DNA of 64,000 nt from Eimeria praecox. Its lineage: Eukaryota. A program made the position numbers and the translations under genes. The notes below the pieces were generated by a model, which had not been told where the DNA came from, made no database searches, and worked only from the letters and a program-made list of their open reading frames with translations. The DNA lies in contig OY986950.1 of assembly GCA_963920595.1 (NCBI GenBank), forward strand, positions 1,798,001-1,862,000. The letters are read 5' to 3'. Every line of letters starts with the position of its first letter. The first letter of the stretch is position 1. Shown here piece after piece: positions 1 to 12,777 of the stretch.

Positions 1-59
1 TTGCTCAGCATTTGGGGGGCGGCCTGTTGCTGCCGCTGTGTGCACTGGGTTTGGCACAG

Positions 60-1058
60 GCGGCACATTGGGGTGGTCCCCCAAGACGTGGCGCTCTTCA
101 ACGAATCCCTGGGGTTTAACCTTCGCTATGGCAGCCCGCACGCCACAGATGAACAAGTGAAGGTGTGACTTCAGCAGACTCGTTGTTGCTTGGCCTGTTT
201 GCTTCTGCTGTGGCCCGGAAGAACCGTCGCCTCTGCATGCAGGAGTGCACACGTTCTCTGACGAAGTTGCCGCGTGGAACTCCCGCTCATATGATTTTGC
301 ATTGCTTCTTTTACCTTCTCGGTGCACAGTGCAGATAAGGGCATCCCGGCCCCATGCTTTGTCTATTTCTTTATTTCTGCTGCGTTCGCTCTGCTCAGGA
401 GGCAATCCGCCTGGCAGAGCTGACAGAGTTGGTGGAGTCGCTTCCCGAGGGACTTAACACCCCCGTGGGTGACCGAGGCCTTCGGCTAAGCGGAGGAGAG
501 AAGCAACGCGTGGGGATCGCGCGGTGTCTGCTGCGGAACCCGGAGATTGTGTTGTTTGACGAAGCTACGAGCGCCCTTGACCTCCACACTGAGCACAAAA
601 TCCTAAAGGTATGTGTTATGTTTCTCCTGTTTGCTTCTGAAGCTCTGAGTGCGGGTACATCTCGCAACCTCTATATCTACACATATGCGCATACGTATGT
701 ATATTCACTTGCATATTTATATGCACGAACGCGCGTTTATTGAAGCGAGTTTGGCCTCGCAGGCAGTGGCTGGTAGCGGGAAGGTTCTCGCGATGCTGCG
801 GTTGGGGGCTGAATGAGGTCCACGCCTGTGTTGGCTGTTTAAATGTTTATTCCTCATTAACAGGCCTTGCAAGCAATTTCCCATGGGCGCACCACCCTGT
901 TGATTGCCCACCGCCTCTCCACAGTCGCAGGAGCCGACACAATTGCTGTTCTGGACAGGGGCCGAGTCGCGGAGATCGGAACGCATCAGCAGCTGCTGCG
1001 CAAACCAAATGGCTTGTATGCTTCCATGTGGGCCCGACAGGTCAGCGCTGTGTTCTAG
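60..1058 (+). CDS. ABC half-transporter, ABCB6/ABCB7 (HMT1/ATM1-like), 3' exons only (5'-partial)
   Basis: Exons 60-162 ([25 protein letters not shown]-loop), 399-608 ([20 protein letters not shown] signature; Walker [13 protein letters not shown]) and 864-1058 (IAHRLST H-loop, stop TAG). All introns are GT-AG and in frame. Confidence 0.9.
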
Positions 1059-3389
1059 GGACCCTTCGGCCTGTGTGCACTTCATTTCACCTCGTGTTTG
1101 GTGCACGTTTAGCTGCAAGCGTGTTTCGTCTGGCACATGGAGGCATAGACACCCAATTGCAACTTCTTGAGACTCGTTTCCGTCATGCTGTACAGTGTGG
1201 GGTGTGCGTGGACTGTGCTGGCAGCGAGAAGGCCAAACGGGGAAAGCCTTCAGCACCTCCTGATCGGTAATACCCATCTTCCCAGTACCGAGCGTATTTT
1301 GGATTTTTAATGCCTGCAACTCCCCGTTTGAAAGGCATGCAGCCTCACTTATGGGAGGTATTTGGGCTGGCTCCGGCAGCAGCTTCGGCACTTAGCTACA
1401 AATCAATGGGAAGAGACCAGAGGGGGTGCGAAGCGCCCAGGGCGTGTTCACGAACCACACAAGAGAAACTTATGCATTTGCATAGCTGGAGTTGTATATG
1501 TTTCTTGCGGTATACACAATCCATGCATCTGCACATATATCCAGGTGTGTGATTTGTATTAGAAGAGAACACATTAAGGCAGGTTGGACGGTTCATGCAT
1601 TTGCTCATAGAGCTTCACCTGCACGATCCCTGGGCCTCACCAGCTTGCAAGAGTGCTGAATCGCCATAAATGGGGCATTTTCCCGCCCCTGTTGCTCACT
1701 AAATACTCGCCATCAGCAGAAGCTGCCGCACGCAATCCACGACAAAGAAGCGTGCTTCGACTACAGAAGCAACTGGACAGCTCTCCTTCAAGCCGCAGAC
1801 AACAGGAGGACTCGAAGAGCGTGTACAAGATGACTGTGCTTCTGGATACGTCTAGCAGGCGCATTCGTGGGTAGAAGATCATACTAGCGGCATATAGGGG
1901 CATGTATGCCCACGACTATGTGGGGCGCCATTACAACACAGCACACGGCAGTTTAGCCCATGGGGTTATTAAGCGGCAATATACGGACCTTCCTTGGCGT
2001 TTTCTGGATACACTTACACGAGGCGCCACTCTGGCGGCGCCTTGAACCGGGCTTCAGAACAGCAAAACAACTAAGAACTTTGCATGAACGGCATGCATGT
2101 AAATTTACATATAAAGGTTTAAGAATGGACGCAAGAAGCCTGCTCCATGCTCGCCTACAGGCGCTGCAGGCACTCGCTAAGATGCAGTTAGGCAGTGTGC
2201 GAGCAAAGGAGCAGCCTGAATTTACACCAGAGTCGAGGGAATGAACAGCTTTGCCACCCATATGCTTCAGTATTGTCTTCGTCACACCTCCCTTAGGTGT
2301 CTGCCGACCTAATATAGAGCTAAATCAGTGGTTGATGGAGCATCCAAGAAGGCAGATTTGTGTGCGCACCCATTTGAGTGGCGAGGGCTCCAGGCATAGG
2401 ATATTCAATACATCTTGGCCGATGCAGACAAACTGATGAGAGGAAATGCGTACTGCAGCCCAAAGCTGTGAGTAAATAAAAGTACTGCTGTGGTGTTCTT
2501 GAGGCTTTTTGCCAAGCAGTGCAGCTCGGCATAACACCGTCACATAGGAGTGCCTGAAAGCAAAGTGGATATCTCCTGGTATCTCGAGGCATTGACGGAG
2601 AGAAGCGCAAAATTAGAAATATTTTTGCTTACAATTTCTTCTGGCTGGTGCGCCGCGTGTGTTGCCGTTTCTCGAGCGGTGTTGGCACAACTACGAAAAA
2701 GGTTACTGCCGATATCTCACCGCTTTGTTATAGTGGAGCTGCTGCTGCTGCTGCTGCCCGGCAAGCTGTGTAGTAAGAACTCCTGCCGCAGCTTGTGAAG
2801 AGACCTGCAGCCGATGCTATCTTCGGCATGGCAACGAGGTATCTGCACAGCGTCCATATGCTTTGTGGCACATCACTAGGGGTTTTTCAGGAGCTGCTTA
2901 TATGCGTTTCGCAACGGTAGAAGCGCGTGTAAGGCCGCAATGGCTCCTTATCGTACTAAGGAATAGAGGGTTGATCAGCGTAAACAGCAAACACCCAGCC
3001 TCCCACGTACTGGGAGAAAAACATTTGCCGCCGTGACGCAAGAACTTCCCATTATCTTATTCGGCCTGGCCTAGCGAGACTGTTTTGATGGTGAGCCTCC
3101 TCACAACCATTTGAACTGGCTGATCGATGTGGCAGAGAGCTCTTGCAGAAACCCTCCACTGCCGCAGCTGCCCAACGCCTTCACTGGAAGTTGGCTTTTG
3201 CCACGCTAATAAGCGTGGGCTTTTGTTTCCACTTCAGGCTAACGCCCCCTCAGCCTACTCAGGTACCAGCAGCACTGCCCACTTTTGCTGTCATATGGCT
3301 GCGTTAGCTGCGGATAAGGAAGTTCACTCCTACACCTTGGTAAGGTGGCTTCTGCTTGACTTTGCACGTTGGCTTGTTGAACCCGATTT

Positions 3390-4700
3390 CTACGGGTTAT
3401 GCTCCGAAAACCGCTCTTAGGGGACCGCCTCACCCTTTGCAAGATACACACTACCTGGATGGCTTCTCTGGCAGTGCCTCGCGGCAATTAGTCTTGTCAC
3501 ACTGTTGTAGTGGTTGCAATTAGCATTTCCCAAGGTGTGGAGTGTGCCTTTGAACAAGATCGCAGGCCTCACCCTGTCCGCTGGAAGCAGGCTTCCTCCT
3601 TCCATTTGTGTGCTCCGTTGGGTTCAGCAAAGCCCGTCTTAGACTAAGTTGTCTCACTTTCTTCTTGCCCTTTTATGATACCCATCCATCCATATCGGTA
3701 GGAATGAATCGCAAAAGTGGGGTATTTCGGTCGAACGCACGCCCTCGCAACCCGTACATGTCGATCATGTTCACATGCTTTAATTTTACCCTTCGTGTGG
3801 AGGCGAACAGCTCCTTAGCCCGATTGATACTTTCTGGCCCCAGCGGCAGGTGCGCACCGTCAAGGGGCCATTTCCTTGGTGCATACCCAGCTGAAATGCG
3901 CCTTGCCACGAGCAGGGACTCACATGAGTTTGTGAAAGCGTCCAGCTCATATGGGGTTTTAGTGGGCAGCTTATGCTATTAATACGAGCTTGGATAAGCA
4001 TGGTGCTCATATATGAGGCGGAGCTGCGAGTACTGCTGTCGCCTCTGTCGCCCCCATCATTGCAGCACACGCTGCGTGGGCGCGAGGGCGTTTTGCTTGC
4101 TTTGTCGGTTCCCCTGGGGGCGCTTTTGAACGTCTTCCTCTTTCACTGCCTTGGCCCTGCTCACGCCCATACCATCTCCATTTTCGAATTATGTGGTCTT
4201 GTTTATTTGGAAAAGAAGCATATAAGTAGCTCGGAAGCATATAAGTAGCTCGGTCCCTCTCCCGGGTTTCTGAGTGCGGAATTCGTCGGCTTCTGCTTGT
4301 CCTCGCTTGTATTTTTCTAGATGGAGCTGGCCCTCGCCGCCCCAATATCCATAGGGTTTATATCCAGATCATTTCTAGGCCTTCCCCTTTCCTTCTCAGG
4401 TAGGGTAGAAGTGCCTTTTTCGCCCTGTGGCCCTTAACTCCCCCAACTAACAGTCATGTTTCACCTTTTCGTGCCTTTGTTCCGCTGTCGCGGCCCAGTT
4501 GGTTATCGATTGCCTCTGGAGAAAAGCCCTGCTACGAACCACTGATACAAAGGTCCTGATTCCACTTGGGGATTCTTGTTCGCCAGGGACTGATGCTTTT
4601 TTGTCTAGCACTTTCCCTTTAACTTTTCCTTTTTAGCGTTCCTCTGTTGTGCGATAGCCTGTCCCCTTGGGGATCTGGGAATCTACCTGCATGGCAATGC
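3390..4700 (-). mobile_element. Degenerate Ty3/gypsy (chromovirus-like) LTR-retrotransposon relic, gag plus aspartic protease
   Basis: Minus-strand fragments in gag-to-pro order: LYQWFVAGL (~4550-4520), RNDLDINPMDIG (gag PMD motif, ~4375-4340), MLIQARINS (protease start, ~4000-3975) and a remnant HNP (~3400). Many stops and frameshifts. The motifs are collinear with the relic at 30.6-31.6 kb. Ends are approximate and no LTRs were identified. Confidence 0.6.
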
Positions 4701-6851
4701 GTCTCAGAAAGCCTCCATATCCTTAATGCGCTCCTGCAAATTCGTATCATTGCATAGGTATAGCCACCATGTTCGTGCCTTCCCTTTTAATCATGAGGTG
4801 CCAATAGCAACGTTGGCCCCCACCCCTCCCGGAGGGCGAATCCTTGTCAGAGACGAGAAAGGGGCTGAGTCTTTGACCAAGACTAAAAGGGGGATGCCTA
4901 GCGATTTTTGTTTTATTTCTTCGCAAAGCGCATTCGCTACTAACTAGTGCTACGGATCAGGCCACCCAGCTATGCGGGTGCGTTTCGTTGCTTGCACCTG
5001 CTTTGATGAACCATGCAGTGCTACTATGTGTAGTAAGGACCCTCGCCCTTAGCTTATGGTCACAGCGAAATCCAATACAGTAAAATATTCACCAAAATAG
5101 TGCCTAAACAGCGGCTGAATTCCCCTCAAGTCCCCAGGCATCCTACGCACAAACGCTCAGCTGGGGCTGGTGAGGAATGGACACGGCGCGCCATGATTTG
5201 CAGCACACCTTGTTCCAACTAGTGCTGCAAGGCAACCTCGCATGTAGGAACAGCCAACCACGTTGTGCAACATGTACTAAAGCTGTAGGGAATTGTTAAA
5301 CACTGTCTTCGAGCAGACAAGGCAGTCTGCACCCAAGTAGGAATGCATGTTCCAGCTTCAAACAGATCATGCTGCAGTGCAGATCTACCGGGAAACTTCC
5401 TCTCTACGATGTTTCGGAGTAGCTGATTCACTTCGTTGGGGGCAGGGCAAGTTCCCTATAATGAGGGCCGTCGATCTTCCTAAGGACCGGAGCGAACTGC
5501 ACTAGAATCAAAGACTGCAGAAAAGTGCTGCCCGCCAAACAGCTGACCTTTCCTACAGCCCCCAGGCTTTTAGGGAACACCCGAGAGCCTGGACCTGGCG
5601 AAGATACGTGACGGTTTATCATGGGCTGCACCGCACCTTGCCACAGCTGCAGTAGCAAGGCAGCCCCACATTCACGCAGAGCCATTCCCCCGTTTGCTAC
5701 TTGCTCCAGCACTGTACAGGGTAGACAGTTGCTAAACACTTATTTGGACCTCCATACTCATTTTGCGAGCAGGTAGAGATTCGAGCACGTACATCACTGC
5801 CGCATTGCTGCATCTATTTGCCCTCAAAACTGCAGAATGATGGGCGCCGTCAACTTCTTCTGTTCCGACCATGCGCTGATTCCCACTCCAAATACAATTT
5901 ATAATACCCTGACAACCAAAGGTTTCTGATCTATGGCATTTTTCAACTCAATTTTGAAACAGAGGGCACCGCAGACGTAGAGTGCGTGTAGCTACGGAGA
6001 TGGGAGACCTCCGAACGCCCTGCTTCTTCCCTGTGATCAACGTTGGTAAATATTCCCATAAAACCATTCTTTGGAAATGCTAAGCAAAATACGTTAGCAT
6101 GTCTTATCTTTCACGTGCATCTGGGCAGGGCATGTAAAAGTACCTCCAGACATTGGTCCACCGAAGGAAGTGACTACGGTCCACGATGGACCTTTCTCAA
6201 TTGCCTCACACCAGGGTACACCACGGCATGACCCTCACAACATCCCTTAAGTTTCTTCTTCACAAATAATTCCCGGGGTATGCTATTTTAAACTTATTCA
6301 ATAAGCCTGTAAGCATTCAAAGCGTTTCACTGGGCCCTCGTGCGTGGGTGCGCTGCTCACACGTCGGTGGGAAGGATCGCCTCCAACCTAGTGCACAGAA
6401 ATATTTATTTTGTGTCCTCTATGTGGCACTTTAATGAGGTTAAACGCTAGATAGATTTAAAGTGATTGCCCACAGCGGGAAACGGCGAGACGGTAAATTC
6501 AACGCATAGGACAGTCCACTCCGATGCGCGGCGCAGGGAGTCATTTGAGCATTTCATTATATGAATGCCTTTGGCTTGTAGTAAATGCAGCCCTTCATTT
6601 TGCGCGATTATTAATTTACAGATGCGCTACTACTAAATGTTATCCTAAGCCTTATTCGACTTAGCAGCCTCGGTGGCGGGCTGTGTAGGCAATGAAAGGC
6701 GTCCTTGCCCGTCTCGACGTCTCGCTGCTTCACTGGGTAGGGGAAGGCAACACCGCCGCTGACTGGCGTATATTTACAGTGTCTGCCCTGTGATTAATTG
6801 GCTGCTCTGATTTATTTTGGGTCTCGGTTTCTCAGCATTTATTCGGAAGAA

Positions 6852-8022
6852 ATGGCACGTGCTAAGCTACTTCCCCTTGTGGGTGCAGCGCTTTTCGTTC
6901 TGGGCAACGCAGCTCAGGGCAGCGGTGCATCGCAGGGGACCACAGTCACGTACAGCGTGGTTCTTGGTGAGTTGGCTAGTTTCTTTTTGTCTAGTTTGGC
7001 GTCGGTGTACCAATGGGACCGGTTGGGGAGGTGGGGGTCGCGGGAGGGGGGCAGTGGGTATGAGGGGAAGTGATTGTTTGCAATTGACTTCTTTTACCAG
7101 CGGGACTGCAACTTGGTGCTGCTGTGTTGTATCATTTGTTTGATATGAAGTGCATAGTATGTTTGCGAAGTTGTGTGCACTTGTCTCGTGTCCACAGGCA
7201 AAGACCAAGCATGCCTCACTGATATCGACGGCATGCGTGAGTCGGGGGGGTTGAACAAGTTCGAAAGGCCTACGGAAGCAACCAAACAGCTTCCTTCAGC
7301 TGATAATTCGGAAAAGCATTGGGACGATTTCTGTAAAGATGTGCTGCAGGTAAGCCTTGAGTCACCTGCGTCGCTTGCTGAACTGGGCACAGCAGTGCGC
7401 ACAGGGTAGGTCCTTGCCGCTCCTGGTGTTCAGGCTGATAAGAAGGGATCGAAGGCAACGCTGTCATCTGGCGACGATGGAAGCATCAGTGCAATGTATG
7501 CTATGATGGCATTAAGCTCGAGCGCGGTGGATTGCACCTCTGTGTTGGACCAGTGGAAAGGCGCGTACAAACTATTCGACGGGGCGCCGCCTTCGCCTGA
7601 ACAATCCTCTGGGCTGTACGACAATCCTGAAGCTGTCATTTTCGTAGCATTATATAACCCTAAGCCAGCAGCTTCCGCAGATTGCAGGGTGGTGACATGT
7701 ACTGAAACGACCTCGGCGAGTGATCCGCAGTCCAAGAAGGAAAGGAAAGGCTATGCCTACCTTTGCATGTCGACACCGAATGCGTTGGGCGATAAAGCAA
7801 ATCCTCCGTTCACGTAAGACAACTAGCTGGCTTCCCGGATTACAGCGTATTTTTGATGATTATATGAGGGTGACTGCGGCAGCATGGCATGTGCCCCCGT
7901 GCTTGTTTTGCAGGAAAGAGCAATGGAAGAAGATCGCGTCCAGTTTGAAGGCTTCTGCCCCGGCTGTAGTGCCGAGCGTGTTATTTGTCCTCTTTTCAGT
8001 GTTGGGGGCGGTATTCCTGTGA
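6852..8022 (+). CDS. sag: Eimeria GPI-anchored surface antigen, sagA-type (251 aa)
   Basis: Exons 6852-6966, 7198-7349, 7434-7813, 7914-8022 (intron phases 1,0,2). Signal peptide MARAKLLPLVGAALFVL, six Cys, FVALYNP/ADCRVVTC/PFT motifs and a hydrophobic GPI tail. Confidence 0.92.
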
Positions 8023-8259
8023 AGCCCGTTGCAGCCATCCATGCATGTACAGGTTGCACATATGACGACTGCTGGAGCATGTGGCATATGGTGCAAATGC
8101 CGAGCAGGTACAGCAAGCGAATGCCTACACAGTTTGCAGCGTTGCATCAGGGAAGTAGGCAGGCGTTTTTATAAGTTTGCTCTGTTCATCTAGCAGCGAC
8201 GCGCAGCGACGCGCATCACCTCCCACCCCACCCACGCAATTGATTAGTTGAGCTCAATA

Positions 8260-8307
8260 CCCCGTTGCCCGTAACGGAGCACAGTTGCTCCGTTACGGGC
8301 AACGGGG
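8260..8307. repeat. Perfect 22-bp inverted repeat with 4-nt loop
   Basis: CCCCGTTGCCCGTAACGGAGCA (8260-8281), loop CAGT, TGCTCCGTTACGGGCAACGGGG (8286-8307). Confidence 0.95.
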
Positions 8308-9976
8308 AGCCGATCTAACTGCCGTTAGGCGGCCAAGCTGAATGGGCGATCAAGTTCAAGGGTAGGAGGATCGCGGGGACAGGAACGAGGTTTATCTACT
8401 CGCCAGCCACTGCGGCTGTTTGCTTTTACGTATTGTATATGGATCCTGATATATAGGGTTTTGGTGCAGTAATTGTAGTAGTTGTAGGGCTAGTGAGTGT
8501 TGGCAGTGGATAGAGGAGGTAGCTTCAGCGGTAAAGTAGGCAAGGTGGCGGTATTGAGGAATGCCTCATAAGGGATGAGGGCGATTATATATATATGGGA
8601 GGTAGTATTAGCCGATGTAGTAGTAGAAGGGAGAAAAGGCACCGTTGCGAGAAGTTCGCTTAGCTGCAGTGGGGTGCAGCGAATATTTGACAGCTGAGGC
8701 AGAAGGGAGGGGATGGGGGACTATGAGGCAAGGCAGTTGGGGAACGTTTCATCCTCTGCATTGTGGGCGGTGGAATAATAGGTGAGGAATTGGGGCTATC
8801 CCGTGGGCAGTAGTCTGCAGTAGGGAGAGGCTCAAGCGGCAACGATCAAAAAGAGCCGAGGTATTGCATCGAAGCAGAACCTGGAGGCTCTGGAAGATGG
8901 GGACAATTGAAGTTGTTTCATATGTTGTGTCCGTAGCGATACCTTTTAGAAACGTTATGTATATCCAATGTGAACTGTTGTTTTGGGTCGGCGCAACCGT
9001 GAAGACAAAAGTGTGGGGTCGTGTGGGGAAGATGTAAGTTAGGGAGATTCTTTGAGCGGCTTTTGCAACATTTGTATCGCGTGTGCTATGCTTACAATTG
9101 AAGGGATGCACTAATCCAATTAGGCACAGAAACTCCGTTAGAAGCGCAATTTTGCCTTGATGTGTTAGGTTTCGATGGATTGTGCAGTAGGGACTAAAAG
9201 CCAGTCATTAATTTATCTGGTTGGATCGGTGTAGATAAGTAGTATGCGTGTAATTTGATTTGGAGCACCGGTGCAAAATACCGTAGTAGTATCTCGTAGC
9301 GCGCTAAGCGTTATGAAAGCTAGTCCGAGTGTAACGAGAGGTGAACTACGTTTGGCAGGTAGTATTGTATTGGTGCCACGGCAAGTTCGGCGTTATGCTA
9401 GCACTCGTACGACCGCATTTGCTCGCAGTGAAGTGTTATATTTGTATCCTTATCACAACTTAAGAGAGATATTTAATAACAAGTGGTATGAAGCCCTAAG
9501 CACCAACGTGCGCAAAACGCAGGCTTGCCTCAACTTGCATATGTTCAGAGCGTCGATAATGGGCAAGGCTACCCTCTAAAAGCGCCAAAAAACGTAAAGG
9601 CTTCACGGTGAATGGGCAAGCTGTACGCTTGTTTCCGAACATGAATCAGCTTGCCGAGCCTAGAGCGCGGAATGCACACTGTTGCATTGGCATAAAAATG
9701 GCACAGTGCGCGCTGCAGATTTGTTCGTGTTCATAATAGGGGGACCGAGCAACAAGTAGCAACTGGGAGTCCGCAATATTCAGCTATTCTCTCCCAACCC
9801 CTACCCGCCCACCCCCCCAGATATCGCCGCCAAGTAATGCTCCTGGCTTAAAGCACATACAATAAAATGCGCCAGAATTTGGTGCATACACAGTTTCTTA
9901 CGGATTTACTTTCTGTATCATCATCAAGAGGTCAGAATGGAACGAAAGGAGAACGCATCGCGTCCTCTCCGCCACT

Positions 9977-12777
9977 TCATGGAAGTGGCTGGAATCTCTC
10001 GTCTTCGCTGGGCTTAATGCAGCAGGCAACATATCCTGTGTGTCCCTTCATCGGAAGTTGGTAATGATAACTACTAATGTGTGATGGATCCTCAACAGGT
10101 GTTTCTGACGAAGGCTCAACGGAGCATGCTGTCACCATTTCGCGTGGGCATGCAGCAGCGGTGCACCAGCTGGCAGATTGTGAGAAAGGCTGTTGCAAGA
10201 AGTGAGACAGAAGGGCTGGGAATGAGGTAGCTGGGTGTCGTTGGCCGTCTTGTTTCTCGTGGGCGTCCTCATCCTCCTCTTCCTCTGGTTGCACCTGTGG
10301 AGATGCATTACGTTTTCGCTTGGGTTTGTCGTTCTTCTTGTAATCTGGGGATGGACGAGATATGCAGGCACCCCACGGTTTCGCAAGAATCTCAAAGGCT
10401 TGAAAGTCTGCGGTTGTAAGCCAAGCCATAGCACACGAACATCGTACTGACACTGCAGGGTGTTAGAATCAACGACAAAGTGGACTGCGTGCGCACAGTT
10501 GCTTCAATACGGTGAAGGCCTCTTTGTCTCTAGTAATACGAAACGTGAGGAACTCTGACGATGCTGCATGCATCAGCAAGCCCGCCGTGGATGCATGTGC
10601 ATCTGCCTCAGTGGGCCATGAAAAGGCACTGAAAAAACGCTCTGAGGCTCCTGCACAAAGCCAGCGGGAAATGAAGCCTGAGAGGAAGGGGCTATTTTGT
10701 AAATTGACCGTTGATCGGCTTCATTTAGCCTCTTTCAATGCCATCAACAACAAGCTTACCCTGAAAGCCCAGCTCCTGCGCTGCTGCGAAGGTCTTGTGT
10801 AACTGCTCCACACAGGGAGAGAAGGTCACCAGTCGGCCCCCACCCTACGAAGAAACACGCGCACAAAGCTGAATGCTTCACACAAGGGTGTTGTGGCCGT
10901 CGCAAACCACCGCAACGCACGTCCTGCTAGGCGAGTAAGAACTGCTGTGTTATCTACGGGAATAGGCTGGCCGCACCTTGAGAACCTGGTCGGCATGCTT
11001 TAGTGCTAGCCACGGGGAAGGCAGGTCAAGGAACACACCGTCCGCGCTATGCGGCATCGGCAACCTCCCCTCGTTGTCTTCTTTTGCTGCCCCTCCTGTT
11101 GGGCCAGGTGATGCCGGCGTTCCCGCAGGCACTTGCTGCGGACAGAATCCATCGGCGCATACGTCTCGGTGAATGGCTTGAACTTCTTTCGAAATCCCAA
11201 GGAGCATAAACTCGTCTCTGACACGAAAAATTCAGCATACACGAGATGAAAGCAAATGTGAAGGCGCGTCAGCCCCCCATGCACTAGACGCATGCATATT
11301 CTAATGTGCACACACCCACTGCCGGCAAGCAGCGGTCCCTAGGGCATACAGGCTATGACGCAGCGAGCATAAAGAACAGACTGGGGAATGCAGACCGCAA
11401 ACTGCTTGCCACCTCGTAGGGAGTGAGAATACTGCCCACAGTGGCTAACAAACGAGCACCGAGCTTCCTTACCGCGCTTCCTGCCATCGTGGCTCGTGGA
11501 ACTCGAAGGTGAACAAGCGGCCTTCGGGGCGCAACGCTACCGCCAAGGAATATGACAGAGACCCAGATCCGGTTCCTAAGCACAAGTATAATTCGCTTCG
11601 TGATTTTAGCCTCGTGCACTCACCACTTCCAGAGGGAATGAAGCGCATGCTGAGGCCAATTCGCGGGAGCACGCACGCCCTCCCCTTGCGAGGCACGGCA
11701 TCTGACAAAACAGGCCATGGCCAAATTCGGCACTCACTGCAAGTACAACCGGCAACCCACCAGCAGTAGCAGCAGAAAAACATCATTACCTGCTTCAACA
11801 ATAGTTTTGCCGGGGCGTACATCCAGAAGGCTCAAAATAAGCGATATGTCAGCATGGTACTGCGCACAAACTCAAGTTGCGCTGTCGCAGAGCTGCCTTA
11901 CCATGCGCTAGGAAAGAAGCAACTGTCGTGAGCGTAGTCAACTCAAAGAAGAACAGCATCATAGCATGTCTACCAGCTCAGCCGTGACGGTACAGGGTGC
12001 TTGACCGAAGTGAGCATCCGCATATGCGTGCAGGCCTAAGGCATTGAGCAAGCCCCTAAACAAGAGGTCTTGTACTGCCTTCTTTGACTCACAATGATTT
12101 GGGTTCGGTGCCGAAGGGCGAGCGTGTGTAGGTCAGGGGTTGGGCGCAGCACCACTAGCCACTTTCCCTGGCGTCTCTCGTAAACCTAAGCAACTCGAAG
12201 AACAAAATCATGAAAAAATCTCTATTATCTCCGAGGCGACGGTAATGCAGCCTCCATAAAAATGTACTGCTTGCAAGCACCAGCACCGGAGCACCTGCGC
12301 AAGCCTCTAAAATAAGGGGCTCAACAAGCAGTGTTGGATCCGTTTGACCGCAAGCGATGGGATGCTGTGCTTGAAAATCAGGGGCATATTCGAGCCAATA
12401 ACCAGACAAAAGGAGAAAAAGGAAAGAACAAGAAAACACAGCACATATGCACTGTACAGCGGGTGCGTGTACTTTAATCGCGCTTGGCGACGGGCCTGTG
12501 ATATGCACAGTCGTGTTCACCTTACTTTATGTCCTATGCGTGTTTTCATAATATCCTCATGGTCAAAGTTTCCAAGTCGTGTTCTGCAGATTCCACCCTT
12601 CTTCAGCACACAGGAAAGGATCATTTCTCTGGAGCCGTAGAGGATTACCAACTCCCCTTCCTTCGGAAATTCCACGGCAGGGTGCTCTTCTGCCTCTGGC
12701 TGAAAAACAGACCCTTCAGCCGCTGCAGGCACCCCAATGGCGCAGGCAGCGTTTGTTACAACGCCGGGCTGAGCCAT
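9977..12777 (-). CDS. TRM61: tRNA (adenine58-N1)-methyltransferase catalytic subunit (Trm61/Gcd14), 424 aa
   Basis: Seven GT-AG exons: 12777-12526, 12185-12093, 11859-11790, 11575-11473, 11217-10977, 10844-10760, 10407-9977. Motifs [29 protein letters not shown] (SAM binding), [24 protein letters not shown] and GHTGY. Confidence 0.93.

Noticed and set aside
1100..3300. Short ORFs downstream of the ABC transporter
   Set aside because: No recognisable motifs or consistent exon chain.
4215..4252. 19-bp tandem duplication GAAGCATATAAGTAGCTCG
   Set aside because: An isolated slippage event inside a decayed retroelement with no sign of function.
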